A stretch of 64,000 bases of DNA. Origin: an uncultured Acidobacteriota bacterium (GTDB lineage Bacteria > Acidobacteriota > Terriglobia > Acidiferrales > UBA7541). The notes below the pieces were generated by a model. It did no database searches. It was given only the letters and a program-made list of their open reading frames with translations, and was not told the origin of the DNA. Location of the stretch: contig CAWAVH010000018.1 in the NCBI GenBank assembly GCA_963785395.1, positions 156,360 through 220,359 of the forward strand. The letters run 5' to 3'. A program made the position numbers and the translations under genes. Positions 1-10,464 of the stretch are shown here, piece by piece (positions within the stretch are counted from its first letter, which is position 1; each line of letters opens with the position of its first letter).

Positions 1-695
1 AGAATTCGCAAACGTGTCGTCGATTTTGCTGATCACGTTGCCGCATCGTCAGGATTATTCAGCCGCACGATGTACCAGCCCGCCGCATTTTTGTAAAACT
101 CGCAGCCGCGATGCTTTCGTTCAAATAATCGTAGTGAAACCAGAATTGCGAAGTGTCGTCCGCTTTTCGCGAGCCTGTATAAATTCCATCGATATTGAAT
201 TGCCAGTTGCCCAACGTAAATCGCGCCCTTAATCGGGACGCGGTCGCCCACTTTCCATCCAAACCGCTTCGCTGTGCCTTCGCCGACGATCGCGCCCTCG
301 CCGGTCATTTTCAAAAGTTTTCCATTGTCGTCGGGCACGTTGAATTCGCTGTACATCTGCCGCCAGCGTGGTCACGATCAATCGCGAACTGCGGAAAGAA
401 ATTCTTCTCGTCCTGATAAATTCCGCCGAACCAAGTGGAGTGTGTCATCTGCTTGATTCCCGGAGTTCTCGCCAGTTGCATCCATGTATGCGATCGGCAG
501 CGGCTGAATGAACGAAATTTGTTCATCACGATCAGTCGGTCGGCGCCCGCGACTTCCACTCCCTGATTGAACGCAAGCTGCACATCGCACAGCAGCCCAA
601 ACAAAAACATCGCCACCGCAAACGAACCGATCGTCAGCGCACGTGCGGAATTTCTTCCGCAGCAAACTCACTCTCAGCAATCGCAAATATTTCAT
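1..695 (-). CDS. ABC transporter permease, FtsX/MacB(DevC)-type; 3' end beyond window; frame broken at least 3 times as assembled
   Basis: ATG at 695 (MKYLRLLRVSLLRKKFRT, in frame of ORF 378..1322) continues in ORF 311..616 (AMFLFGLLCDVQLAFNQGVEVAGADRLIVMNK...THSTWFGGIYQDEKNFFPQFAIDRD), ORF 33..356 (GEGAIVGEGTAKRFGWKVGDRVPIKGAIY) and ORF 59..262 (NWQFNIDGIYTG...FWFHYDYLNE). This gives an N-terminal TM helix plus a MacB-type periplasmic domain. It is the third gene of a HlyD-ATPase-permease operon. Confidence 0.75.
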
Positions 696-748
696 ACGGG
701 CGCTCCCCGCTGCGCCTCCGCTCAGCACTCCTTTATCCAGATGCAGAA

Positions 749-1416
749 TCAATGCGCTTGTTCCGCCGCGCGCGGATCGTGCGTCACCATCAGCACAGTT
801 TTCTTGTGATCGTTCACCAGCCGCTGCACCAGATCCAGCACTTCGTCCGCGCTCTTGCGATCCAGATCTCCCGTCGGCTCGTCGCACAGCAAAAATGTCG
901 GATCCGTCACAATCGCTCGCGCAATCGCCACGCGCTGTTCCTGTCCGCCGGAAAGTTGCCGCGGATAATGTTTCATCCGGTCCGCCAATCCCACCAGCGA
1001 AAGCGCCGCCTCCACGTGCGCGCGCCGCTCCGATTTGCTCAGCCTCGTCAGCAGCAGCGGCAATTCCACGTTTTGAAACGCCGTCAGCACCGGAATTAAA
1101 TTGAACATCTGAAACACAAATCCCACGTGCCGCGCCCGCCACGTCGTCAATTTTCCAGACGGACATACTCGTAATCTCGTCGCCCGCCACGCGAACGCTT
1201 CCGTGCGTCGGCACATCCAGCCCGCCAAGCAGATTCAGGATTGTCGTTTTGCCCGAGCCGCTTGGCCCCATGAACGCCACGAAGTCGCCGGCATCCACAT
1301 CAAGATTCAGCCCTTGCAGCACGTCGATCGTTTCCGATCCGCGCTTGATACGTTTTGTCCAGGTTGCGAACGGAAATCAAACTGTTTCCGTCGCCGCTTC
1401 CGTCTACTCGAACCAT
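749..1416 (-). CDS. ABC transporter ATP-binding protein (MacB/LolD/DevA-like); two apparent frameshifts (~1350 and ~1150-1200)
   Basis: Walker [10 protein letters not shown] is in the N-terminal part of ORF 378..1322. Signature [14 protein letters not shown], Walker [13 protein letters not shown] and H-loop MVTHD are in ORF 749..1228. ATG at 1416 is preceded by GAGG, and the first ~20 codons ([23 protein letters not shown]) are in a third frame. Confidence 0.85.
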
Positions 1417-1440
1417 TTCGCTCGCCTCACTGTTTGCAAT

Positions 1441-2694
1441 TCACTGTTTCCGGTTTACTTCTTGCCCATCGTGCAAATCGTCCGGCCCTTTCGTGATCAC
1501 CAGCTCACCTTGATTCACGCCCGCCATAATTTCGATGTTCGTGCCGCGAGTCATTCCGGTGCGCACTGCGCGCCGCTCCGCTTTGCCTTCCCGCAAAACA
1601 AACACAGCCGATTGGCCGTTCGCCGTGTGAACTGACGCCGCAGGCACCAGCGCCGTAGGTTTCGGGGACGTATCAGTTGCTGCGCCGGGTTTCACTTTTT
1701 CCGGCATCGCCATGAACGCAACCTTCACGCCCATATCCGGCAGAATTTTCGGATCCAAATGATCGAACGTCGCGCGCACCTTCACCGTGCCTTTGTCTCG
1801 GTCTGCCGTAGGAATCACGGTCAACACGTGCGCAGGAATTTGCCAGTCGGGATACGCGTCAAGCGTGGCCACTACCGGCTCCGCCGGTTTCACGCGCGCA
1901 ATATAATTTTCATTCACATCCACTTCGATTTCGTTCGAATTCATATCCACAATCGTCGCGATTCCAGTACGCGTAAATCCGCCGCCCGCTGAAATCGGCG
2001 ACACCATCTCGCCCGGCTGCGCATCTTTCGAAACCACAATCCCGCCGAATGGCGCCCGCACCACGCAGTTATCAATATTCTGCTGATCGATTCCCATCTT
2101 TGCGTCTGCCGCGAGCACCGCAACCTTTGCCTGCGCGATTTGTGCCTTCAGCCGATTTACCAATGTTTGCGCGGCATCCAGCGCCTGCGGCGTCGAAATT
2201 CCGCCGTCGGCCAATCCTTGCGTGCGCTTGAATTCGCGTTCGGCGTTTCCTTGCTGCACTTCCAAGTCGGCGATCAAAGCCTGCGTCGCGTCGCGATCCG
2301 CTTTCGTCGACGTCAGCGAAACCTGATAATCCGAATCGTCAAGATTCGCGAGAATAAAATCTTTCGGCACGTACATTCCTTCGGTGATGTAGATCGAGCG
2401 AACTTTTCCAGTGATCTTGGCCGCCACCGTTGCTCGCCGCTGCGGCGTCACATACCCGCTCGCATTCAGCAGCGCCGTCGCAGCAGACCCATCTCCAGCA
2501 GCCAGCGCCGGCGACACTTCCACTTCAGGCTTCCGGCTTCGAAGCGCCGCCATACTTCCAAGCGCAATCACCACCAGCCCCAGAATCGCCGCGCCGATCC
2601 CAAGCCACTTTCCAATGGGACTTCCCCCGCGCTTGCTGGCATCAATACGCAGCGATGCGAGGCTCGGAGCCGAATTGGGCGTGGTCTGTGACAT
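1441..2694 (-). CDS. HlyD-family efflux periplasmic adaptor (MacA/DevB-like)
   Basis: Intact 417-aa ORF with an N-terminal TM helix, a coiled-coil hairpin region, and lipoyl/beta-barrel motifs (VVRAPFGGIVVSKDAQPGEMV, GTVKVRATF). It lies directly upstream of the ABC ATPase and permease on the same strand. Confidence 0.9.
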   Translation of the reverse strand: MSQTTPNSAPSLASLRIDASKRGGSPIGKWLGIGAAILGLVVIALGSMAALRSRKPEVEVSPALAAGDGSAATALLNASGYVTPQRRATVAAKITGKVRSIYITEGMYVPKDFILANLDDSDYQVSLTSTKADRDATQALIADLEVQQGNAEREFKRTQGLADGGISTPQALDAAQTLVNRLKAQIAQAKVAVLAADAKMGIDQQNIDNCVVRAPFGGIVVSKDAQPGEMVSPISAGGGFTRTGIATIVDMNSNEIEVDVNENYIARVKPAEPVVATLDAYPDWQIPAHVLTVIPTADRDKGTVKVRATFDHLDPKILPDMGVKVAFMAMPEKVKPGAATDTSPKPTALVPAASVHTANGQSAVFVLREGKAERRAVRTGMTRGTNIEIMAGVNQGELVITKGPDDLHDGQEVNRKQ

Positions 2695-3018
2695 CTTTAA
2701 CCTTGCTGCTGATTTGTCCGACTTCTGTTTACACGACCCGTTGCGTTTTTTCGCGGGAGGAATCCGCTCTTACCCAGTGACGCACGCCCTATAAGGTCAA
2801 ACGGCTTAGCGCCTCGAAAGTTACGCGCCGGTACAACTGAATTCGCGCGCGCAAGGCTCATGTTTATACAATTTTCCCGCTGCTGGGCACTCCGAATGTC
2901 ATCCAATTTAGCATACGTCCACTCAGCCCCCAAAATTTCGTGTGCAGAGCAGTCCCACGTAGCTTATTGGGGCAGTGTTTGCCCCGCCCGTCTTCCATTT
3001 ATCGAATTAGATTTAAAG

Positions 3019-3044
3019 TGAGCGCTGCCGGCTGCAAGCGCTCA
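3019..3044 (-). terminator. Hairpin terminator candidate downstream of 3068..3619
   Basis: 8-bp perfect stem TGAGCGCT/AGCGCTCA with a 10-nt loop, 24 nt past the stop codon. On the minus strand it is followed by CTTTAAATCT (weak U tract). Confidence 0.4.
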
Positions 3045-3067
3045 TTGCTGCGTCGAAATACTTTGCG

Positions 3068-3619
3068 TTACTCCTCGTCCTCTTCCGGTTTTTCCGAATC
3101 GAGGTCTTCCACTTCAAACTCGTTCTTACGTTTTCGCTGCGGCACGCCTGCTTCCACAGCATTTCCGGCTTCTTCCACGCCGCCAATGATTTCAGCCTCG
3201 TAATCCTGTCCTTCCTCCACCAACTCCTCCACGCTTTCCGAATCCGCTTCAGCTTCCTCTGACAATCCCTGATCCGAACCCGATTGTCCGCCGGAATCCG
3301 AACCAGTTCCGCGCGGGCTCACTGAATTCAATTCCAATTCCGAATCGCCATCAAATGCCGCTTTCGCTCGTTGCGCAGTCGGCCGCTTCGAAGGACTCAG
3401 CGACGACCTCAAGCTCCCCGACGATTTCACCACTGGCACCTCGAGCTTGCGCTTCGCGCTCGCAGCGGGCTTCTTGGCTATCGAAACTTTTCCGCGCGCC
3501 GGCGATTTTTTCGCAACCGCAGCCTTGCCGCGCATCGCAATTTTCTTCACCGGTTTCTTCGCGCTGGCCTTTTTGCTCGCAGATTTCTTCACTTTGTGTT
3601 TAGCTTTTTTGGGAGACAT
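3068..3619 (-). CDS. Hypothetical charge-segregated protein: Lys/Ala-rich histone-H1-like N-terminus, acidic C-terminus
   Basis: 183-aa ORF. N-terminal half is KKAKHKVKKSASKKASAKKPVKKIA...AKKPAASAKRK; C-terminal half is Asp/Glu-rich (EEAEADSESVEELVEEGQDYEAE...SEKPEEDEE). A hairpin follows the stop. No recognisable enzymatic motif. Confidence 0.6.
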   Translation of the reverse strand: MSPKKAKHKVKKSASKKASAKKPVKKIAMRGKAAVAKKSPARGKVSIAKKPAASAKRKLEVPVVKSSGSLRSSLSPSKRPTAQRAKAAFDGDSELELNSVSPRGTGSDSGGQSGSDQGLSEEAEADSESVEELVEEGQDYEAEIIGGVEEAGNAVEAGVPQRKRKNEFEVEDLDSEKPEEDEE

Positions 3620-3746
3620 ATCCGCAGTCTACCAAGCCCCGCCGTCCGCCGCCATACCAACGAATCTGTAGGTAAATTCCCCACGTCCCCATCGCATTCC
3701 TTGACCATCCTTTCCACATCACGTTATTCTTGCTTCACCGACTCTT

Positions 3747-4950
3747 ATGACGCACGTCTACTTTGACCACAATGCGACCACCCCCGTAGATCCGGCGGTC
3801 CTCGCGGCGATGCTGCCGTTTCTCACCACTGAATTCGGCAACGCCAGCTCGATTCATTCCTACGGCCAGCGCAGCCGCGGCGCCGTGGAAAACGCCCGTG
3901 CCCAAGTTGCCGCGCTTCTCGGAGCGCAACCAGGCGACATCGTCTTCACCGCAGGTGGCACCGAATCCAACAATCTCGGAGTTTTCGGCCTGATCGGCGC
4001 GGAAACCGGCGAGCACAAGCACATCATCACCACGATGATCGAGCACAGCGCCGTCCTGAATCCGTGCCAGGCGCTTGCGGAGCGCGGCTTCGACGTCACG
4101 TTTCTTCCGGTAGGCGCAGACGGAATCCTCGATCCCGCGTCAGTGCGCGCTGCGATAAAACCAGAGACGATTCTCATCTCCGTGATGCACGCAAACAACG
4201 AAATCGGCACGCTTCAACCCGTCGCCGAAATCGGACGTATCGCTGCCGAAGCCGATGTGTGGTTTCATTGCGACGCCGTGCAATCCGCCGGAAAATTTCC
4301 GCTCGATGTAAACGAAATCGGCGCGGACACTCTCGCGATTTCCGGCCACAAAATTTACGCTCCCAAGGGAGTTGGCGCGCTCTACGTGCGGAAGGGCGTC
4401 AAGCTCACTCCGCTTCTTTACGGCGGCCGCCACGAACGCGATCGCCGCCCGGGCACAGAAAATGTTGCGGGCAGCGTAGCTCTCGGGCGCGCCGCGGAAA
4501 TCGCGCGCGAAACCCTCACTGAAGAAATCGCGCGCATCTCTGCGCTGCGAAATCGCTTCGAGCAGGGAATACTCGCCAAAGTTTCCGGCGCGCATGTAAA
4601 CGCCCTCGAATTCGCCGCGCGTGCCGAATACTTCCAGCATCACGTTTCCCGGCCTCGAAGGCGAAGCGCTTGTCATCGCGCTCGATCTCAAAGGTCTCGC
4701 GTGTTCCACCGGCGCTGCATGTTCTTCCGGCGCGATTGCTCCTTCGCGCGTGCTCACCGCGATCGGCTTGGCCGCGCCGGAAGCGAAAGCAAGTTTGCGA
4801 TTTAGCCTCGGCCGCCGCACCACAGACGCCGATGTTGATTTCGCGCTCGGCGTGATTCCCGAAGCAGTCGAGCGCCTGCGCGCTCTCGCGCCGCAACCAA
4901 AGAAACCAGTCGCCGTCAAGCTAGTGCCAAGTATTTCAGAACCAATATTC
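3747..4950 (+). CDS. Cysteine desulfurase (IscS/NifS family, YrvO-like partner of MnmA); frameshift ~4610, stop codon not identifiable
   Basis: ORF 3747..4805 carries FDHNATTP, GGTESNN and the PLP-lysine motif SGHKIYAPKGVGALY. The C-terminal part continues in the frame of ORF 4621..5328 (PNTSSITFPGLEGEALVIALDLKGLACSTGAACSSG...RFSLGR). That frame runs on into mnmA without a stop, so the end is approximate. Confidence 0.85.
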
Positions 4951-6093
4951 ATGGATTCGCAAAATCACAATACGGGTTCGACGGCACGCGGCCCTGACGG
5001 CCGTAGCGATGAGCGGCGGCGTCGACAGTTCCACCGTCGCCGCAGTTCTGCGCAATCGCGGCGAAAACATCATCGGCCTCACCATGCAGCTCTGGAATCA
5101 GCGCCGCTTGCCCGAACTCGCCGGCGAAAGTCATGGCGGCCATCGCTGCTGCTCCATCGACGACGTATACGACGCGAAGCGCGTCGCCGAGCATCTCCAA
5201 TTTCCGCATTACGTCGTGAATTTCGAAGATCGGTTCGAGCAGGATGTGATCAAGCCATTCGTCGCCGATTACGTCGAAGGCCGCACGCCAATTCCGTGCA
5301 CGCTCTGCAACAGCCACGTGAAATTTGATCAGTTGCTCGCAACCGCGCGCCAGATCGGCGCGGATCGGCTCGTCACCGGACACTACGCGCGCATTCGCTT
5401 CAACGAAAATTCTGCGGCGCTACGAACTTCTGCGCGCTCGCGACGATTCGAAAGATCAATCCTATTTTCTTTTCGGCCTGACGCAAGAGCAGATGTCGCG
5501 CACAGATTTTCCGCTCGGCGAACTAACGAAAGACGAAGTCCGCGCTATCGCTCGCGAAGCGCAATCTCCCCGTCGCCGAAAAGCCTGACAGCCAGGAAAT
5601 CTGTTTCGTTCCTCAGGGAAATTACGTGCAATTTATCCACGCCTATCTCGGCGAGCAGGGAACTGCGCTTGCCGAAGAACCCGGCGAAATTGTTACCACC
5701 AGCGGCGAAGTAATCGCCCATCATCGCGGCGTCCACCAATTCACCATCGGCCAGCGCAAAGGTCTCGGATTCTCCGCCGGAAAAAAATATTACGTTGTCT
5801 CGCTCGATCGCGATTCGCGCCGCGTAGTGGTTGGCGGCGATGATGAATTGCAAAGCGCCGAATGCCAGGTCCGCGACGTAAATTGGATCAGCACTCCACA
5901 AATCACCGCGCCCACGCGCGCCACTGTAAAAATTCGTCACCGTCACGAACCGGCAGGCGCGACGCTCCATCCGTGCGGCGAATCGACGCGTACTCAAATT
6001 ATTTTCGACGACCCGCAGCGCGCCATCACTCCTGGCCAAGCCGCAGTCTTTTACGATGGAGAAGCAGTCCTCGGCGGCGGCTGGATCGCCTAG
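4951..6093 (+). CDS. mnmA: tRNA 2-thiouridine(34) synthase MnmA; at least 3 apparent frameshifts (~4954, ~5410, ~5565)
   Basis: PP-loop AMSGGVDSS and TPIPCTLCN are in ORF 5009..5713. [24 protein letters not shown] is in ORF 5325..5588. DSQEICFV-like and the C-terminal beta-barrel (GQRKGLGF...[19 protein letters not shown]) are in ORF 5626..6093. Confidence 0.88.
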
Positions 6094-6239
6094 CGCCTGA
6101 TTCTTGTCGTCGCCAACTTCCGTTCACACGTCCATCCTGAGAGCTATCCGAACAGGGTAACCGAAGCGCGCTGTTAGCGTCCCGATGCCTTTTATCGGGA
6201 GATCTGGCCCTCTTTGAATTTCCGGGGAATTTGCTTCGC

Positions 6240-6755
6240 CTAAATAAACAAACCTTCATCAGAAGTATCAGCAGCAGACGGCGGCTCGCCCGCGGGCCGT
6301 CGCCCCGAGCGCAAAACTTCGAGCCCCATTTTTATTCCGCGAATAATCGCGGTGGCCTGTCGCACCGGGCCTTCAATTGTCCTTCGGATGCTCGACCCTG
6401 TTTCTTCCACGGCTTCCAGCGCGCCCGTGAGGATTTGGTCCATGTGAATCAGCTGAATCCGCGTGCGATCCAAAGTTTCGGTAACCACGCGATCGAATTT
6501 AATCGCCTGGCTTCGCGCAAGGCTCACAACATCGGACGCATCAGAAACGATTCCCACAATCTGTGGTTTCGTTTCGCGGATCAAATCGTCCACGCGCGAA
6601 ATTACAGGAGTCACTTTCGTATGAATTTCGTCGATCACACCCAGCAGCCGTTCGTTCAGCCGGCGCAGTTGCGAAAACATGCCCACCAAAATCGCGGCCT
6701 GAATGACGACGGCGACAGACGTCACCACCACGAATATGATTAGCGTCGTTTCCAT
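6240..6755 (-). CDS. DUF948 (YtxG-like) membrane-anchored coiled-coil stress protein
   Basis: 171-aa ORF with an N-terminal TM helix (LIIFVVVTSVAVVIQAAILVGMF) followed by a long helical region. It lies immediately downstream of a YtxH gene, as in the Bacillus ytxGH pairing. Confidence 0.65.
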   Translation of the reverse strand: METTLIIFVVVTSVAVVIQAAILVGMFSQLRRLNERLLGVIDEIHTKVTPVISRVDDLIRETKPQIVGIVSDASDVVSLARSQAIKFDRVVTETLDRTRIQLIHMDQILTGALEAVEETGSSIRRTIEGPVRQATAIIRGIKMGLEVLRSGRRPAGEPPSAADTSDEGLFI

Positions 6756-6780
6756 TCATGCGCCTCGAGTGTGCTTTGCC

Positions 6781-7077
6781 TTACTGAGCTTTTCCTTTTT
6801 CGCGCTGATATGCTTCGCGGCCCGCGTCCACCGCCGCCGAAATCGATTCGCGCTGGCGCGACGCCACATCTTTTCCGCGTTCAATCAAATCGTCCGCGCG
6901 CTCGCGCAGTTCGCGCGCTTTGCGCTGCGCAAAGTCTTTCCCCTCGTCCGCTTTCTTCGAAAGAAATTCGCGCGTTTCTTCGCCCGATTTCGGCGCGAAC
7001 AGAATCCCGATCAGCGCGCCAATCCCCAGGCCAACCATAAAATAACTGACTTTGCTTCCAATATTGCTCTCACCCAT
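6781..7077 (-). CDS. YtxH domain-containing protein
   Basis: MGESNIGSKVSYFMVGLGIGALIGILFAPKSGEETREFL is the typical YtxH TM plus APKSG motif. ATG at 7077 is preceded by GAGGT. The ORF track extends to 7149, but the upstream part lacks an RBS. Confidence 0.75.
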   Translation of the reverse strand: MGESNIGSKVSYFMVGLGIGALIGILFAPKSGEETREFLSKKADEGKDFAQRKARELRERADDLIERGKDVASRQRESISAAVDAGREAYQREKGKAQ

Positions 7078-7298
7078 CTGCGTTACCTCGCGATTCACGG
7101 AGTGCTGCCAAACCTCTTCGACCGTAGCACACATATACGGTGGTTTCAACCAGTGTGAAACGGTAGAAGTCAGGCAGTTTCGGTGTAGCGCGCTCGCACC
7201 GGAGCGGCTGGCGAATTACTTGTCAAAGCATCCGTCTGCGACGCCATTTCCACCCGGTAGACAAATTGGCTCTTTACGAGCCATAATAATCGTGTAGA

Positions 7299-8861
7299 TT
7301 GGCCCAGCAGGAGAAGCCAATGCTTCCTCTTCAGCTTCAGCCCGAAAGCCACGTTCCGCTCTATATCCAGTTGCGCGACCAGGTCCGCGCTCTCGTCCAC
7401 GGCGGCGATTTGCGCCCAGGCGACCGCATTCCCGCCACGCGCGAACTGGCCGTACAACTCGGAGTGCATCGCACAACAGTCGCGAATGCTTACGCCGAAC
7501 TCGAATCCGAGGGCCTCATTCGCGGGCACGTGGGCCGCGGCACCTTTATTTCCGGCGACGGCAATGGCTACAAATTCTCGGCTGCTCCACCCGCGCTCAA
7601 CGGCAATGGCACCGTCCGCTGGGAATCGCTCTTCGCCGATGAGCGCACCGAAGAAGCGCTCAGCCGTCTCGCGCAACCCGCGCCCGGCACAAATATATCC
7701 TTCGTCACCGCATGCCCTGAAGATAGTTCCTTCCCGCTCGAAGATGTCCGTGCCTGTTGCAACACCGTGCTGCGCCGCGAAGGCGCGAGGCTTTTGCAAC
7801 TCGGTCCGTCAGACGGATATCCCGAGCTGAAGCAAGTCCTCGTCGAACTGCTGCACACAGAAGGCCTGCAAATAAAAGATGATTCGCTTCTCATCACCGA
7901 TGGCTGCCAGCAAGCCCTCGATTTAATTTGCAAAGCTTTCTTGCGTCCTGGCGATAGCGTAGTCCTCGAAAACCCCGGCTATCCGGGAGCCATCGCGATT
8001 TTCGCGGGCGCGCGTGTGCGCTGCCTCGCCGCGCCAGTGCACAGCGGCACTGAGCCCGGCACAACAGCTGGCCTCGATCTCGCCGCACTCGAAGCTACTC
8101 TGCAGGCGAATCGCGTAAAACTTATTTTGCTCACGCCCGATTTTCACAATCCTACTGGAACCACGATGTCGCTCGCGGCGCGCCGCAAGCTGCTCGAAAT
8201 TGCCAGCCGCCATCAGGTTCCGGTGATCGAAGATCACATTTACGCGCGTCTGAATTCCGGGTCCGAGCGATTGTCTTCGCTTCGGCAACTCGATCGCGCC
8301 AATCTCGTAATTCAAATCGATAGCTTTTCCAAAGTTGCCTTTCCCGGATTGCGCGTCGGCTGGATAATCGCGCCGCCAAATGTCATCGAGCGTCTTCGCC
8401 TGGTGAAGCAGACCACCGATCTTCACACCGATCAGCTCGCGCAAGCCGTCCTCGCCGAATTCACTCGCCGCGGATTGCTCACTCGCCACATCGCGAAAAT
8501 GCGCAAGATTTACGCGAAGAAATTGGCTATCGTAGAAACCGCTCTTGCGCGTTTCATGCCGGCCGGAACCCGCTGGACGCATCCCACCGGCGGAATGGCC
8601 GTGTGGGTGGAACTCGTTCCCGGTTTTGACGCGAGCGAATTGCTGATCCACGTGCGCGAGCGCGGCGTGCTCTTCGCCCCCGGCCGCTATTTCTTTATTC
8701 AGAATCCGCAGCCGAATACTCTGCGTCTTAGTTTCACCAATGTTGACGAGCGCAAGATCTCGCGCGGAATCGCAACGCTCGGCGACGCGCTGCGCGTGGA
8801 AATGAAGAAGCGCCAGCGCGGCACTCGGTTCGAAGAAAGCGCGCGAGTGGCGCTCGTTTAA
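7299..8861 (+). CDS. MocR-family regulator: GntR-type HTH fused to a PLP-dependent aminotransferase-like domain (PdxR-like candidate)
   Basis: Intact 520-aa ORF. N-terminus PLYIQLRDQVRALVHGGDLRPGDRIPATRELAVQLGVHRTTVANAYAELESEGLI is a GntR winged helix. The C-terminal fold-type I domain carries the PLP-lysine motif DSFSKVAFPGLRVGW. Confidence 0.88.
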   Translation: MAQQEKPMLPLQLQPESHVPLYIQLRDQVRALVHGGDLRPGDRIPATRELAVQLGVHRTTVANAYAELESEGLIRGHVGRGTFISGDGNGYKFSAAPPALNGNGTVRWESLFADERTEEALSRLAQPAPGTNISFVTACPEDSSFPLEDVRACCNTVLRREGARLLQLGPSDGYPELKQVLVELLHTEGLQIKDDSLLITDGCQQALDLICKAFLRPGDSVVLENPGYPGAIAIFAGARVRCLAAPVHSGTEPGTTAGLDLAALEATLQANRVKLILLTPDFHNPTGTTMSLAARRKLLEIASRHQVPVIEDHIYARLNSGSERLSSLRQLDRANLVIQIDSFSKVAFPGLRVGWIIAPPNVIERLRLVKQTTDLHTDQLAQAVLAEFTRRGLLTRHIAKMRKIYAKKLAIVETALARFMPAGTRWTHPTGGMAVWVELVPGFDASELLIHVRERGVLFAPGRYFFIQNPQPNTLRLSFTNVDERKISRGIATLGDALRVEMKKRQRGTRFEESARVALV

Positions 8862-8886
8862 TCGAGCGGCGAGCGAAAATCAATAT

Positions 8887-9354
8887 ATGGAACAAAACAT
8901 CAGCTCCGAAATAATCAAGCTCGAACCCCGGGCCGATAACGTGTGCTTCGGCTGCGGTGGCGGCAACGCGAACGGAATGAAACTCGTGTTCGAAGCCGAT
9001 CCCACGACTCGCCGCGTCACCGGAAAATTTCAACTCGGCCCCGAATATCAGGGCAGCCTTGGAATGCTGCACGGCGGTATTATCGCGGTGCTTTTCGATG
9101 AAGCGATGGGTAAACTCTGCCGCTTCAGCGATGCGCGCGCCGTGACCGCCGAACTCAGCGTCGAATATTTGAAACCGATTCGCGTGAATCAAGAAATTAT
9201 CGTTGAAGCCTTCGAAACCGAACGCAAAGGCCGCCAACTTTTTCATCAAGGCGAAATTCGCAGCACAGATGGAGCGCTGCTCGCGCGGGGAAAAGCGCGA
9301 TTCGTAATTATCGATCCCGCGAAATATGCCGAGGCCAACTTACTGCAAAAATAA
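8887..9354 (+). CDS. PaaI-family hotdog-fold thioesterase
   Basis: 155-aa ORF with CFGCG...NGMKL and GMLHGGIIAVLFDEAMG, characteristic of PaaI/YbgC-type thioesterases. Confidence 0.8.
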   Translation: MEQNISSEIIKLEPRADNVCFGCGGGNANGMKLVFEADPTTRRVTGKFQLGPEYQGSLGMLHGGIIAVLFDEAMGKLCRFSDARAVTAELSVEYLKPIRVNQEIIVEAFETERKGRQLFHQGEIRSTDGALLARGKARFVIIDPAKYAEANLLQK

Positions 9355-9414
9355 TTTCGCAGTACCGCAACAAAACGATTTCGAGATAAAGTTCCAAACG
9401 AAAAGGGGACAACA

Positions 9415-10392
9415 ATGGCACGAGAGCAGCGCAAAAACGGAAAAAATAACGGCAAGAATGGATCGCACACTTCAAAAACAAATGGCGCCGCCGAAGTTGC
9501 GGCTGTGCAATCTCCGCAAAATCTCTGGCGCGTAAAAGTCGGTCTCGCCGAAATGCTCAAGGGCGGCGTGATCATGGACGTCACCAATGCCGAGCAGGCG
9601 CGCATCGCCGAAAACGCCGGAGCATGCGCTGTGATGGCGCTTGAGCGCGTTCCCTCCGACATTCGCAAAGAAGGCGGCGTCGCTCGCATGGCCGCTACAA
9701 GTGTGATTCGCGAAATCATGGATACCGTCAGCATCCCGGTGATGGCCAAAGTTCGCATCGGCCATTTCGCCGAAGCGCAAGTTCTCGAAGCTCTCGAAGT
9801 GGATTTCATCGATGAGAGCGAAGTGCTCACTCCCGCTGACGAAGAAAACCACGTTTGGAAACACGATTTCCGCGTCCCCTTTGTTTGCGGCGCGCGAAAT
9901 CTCGGCGAAGCTTTGCGCCGCATCTCGGAAGGCGCAGCCATGATTCGCACCAAGGGCGAAGCCGGCTCCGGAAATATCGTCGAAGCAGTGCGCCACATGC
10001 GCACCATTGTCGGCCAGATGCGCAAACTCACAACCATGCGTGGTGATGAACTCATGCACGCCGCGAAAGAACTAGGCGCGCCTCTCGAATTGATTCGCCA
10101 GGTTGCCGAAACCGGAAAACTTCCCGTGCCGAATTTTTCCGCGGGCGGAATCGCAACTCCCGCCGATGCCGCGCTCGTTCGCCAGTTGGGCGCCGAAGCA
10201 ATTTTCGTCGGCAGCGGAATTTTCAAATCTTCCGATCCCGAACGCCGCGCAAAAGCAATCGTGAAAGCCAACACTCACTTCAACGATCCAAAAGCAGTTC
10301 TCGAAGCGTGCGAAGAACTCGGCGAAGCCATGAAGGGAATTGATGTTCGCCAGCTCGAAGAGAAAGACTTGATGCAAACACGCGGCTGGTAA
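9415..10392 (+). CDS. pdxS: Pyridoxal 5'-phosphate synthase lyase subunit PdxS
   Basis: Intact [44 protein letters not shown], ...[27 protein letters not shown] and [18 protein letters not shown] are near-invariant PdxS blocks. Confidence 0.95.
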   Translation: MAREQRKNGKNNGKNGSHTSKTNGAAEVAAVQSPQNLWRVKVGLAEMLKGGVIMDVTNAEQARIAENAGACAVMALERVPSDIRKEGGVARMAATSVIREIMDTVSIPVMAKVRIGHFAEAQVLEALEVDFIDESEVLTPADEENHVWKHDFRVPFVCGARNLGEALRRISEGAAMIRTKGEAGSGNIVEAVRHMRTIVGQMRKLTTMRGDELMHAAKELGAPLELIRQVAETGKLPVPNFSAGGIATPADAALVRQLGAEAIFVGSGIFKSSDPERRAKAIVKANTHFNDPKAVLEACEELGEAMKGIDVRQLEEKDLMQTRGW

Positions 10393-10464
10393 TCGCAAAA
10401 AACAAAATCGCGTGTTACATTCTTCAAATTGGTGATCGCGCATCGCTCGCGTCCGCAAAAAACA

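Noticed and set aside
378-1322. 314-aa ORF that looks like one long gene
   Set aside because: It is a chimera. Only its first ~60 aa (Walker A region of the ATPase) and a short internal stretch (MKYLRLL..., the permease start) are real coding frames. The rest is an out-of-frame read-through created by frameshifts.
9246-10274. 342-aa ORF on the minus strand
   Set aside because: It lies exactly antisense to the near-invariant pdxS gene. Its Ala/Ser/Arg/Pro-rich low-complexity translation is typical of antisense frames in GC-rich DNA.
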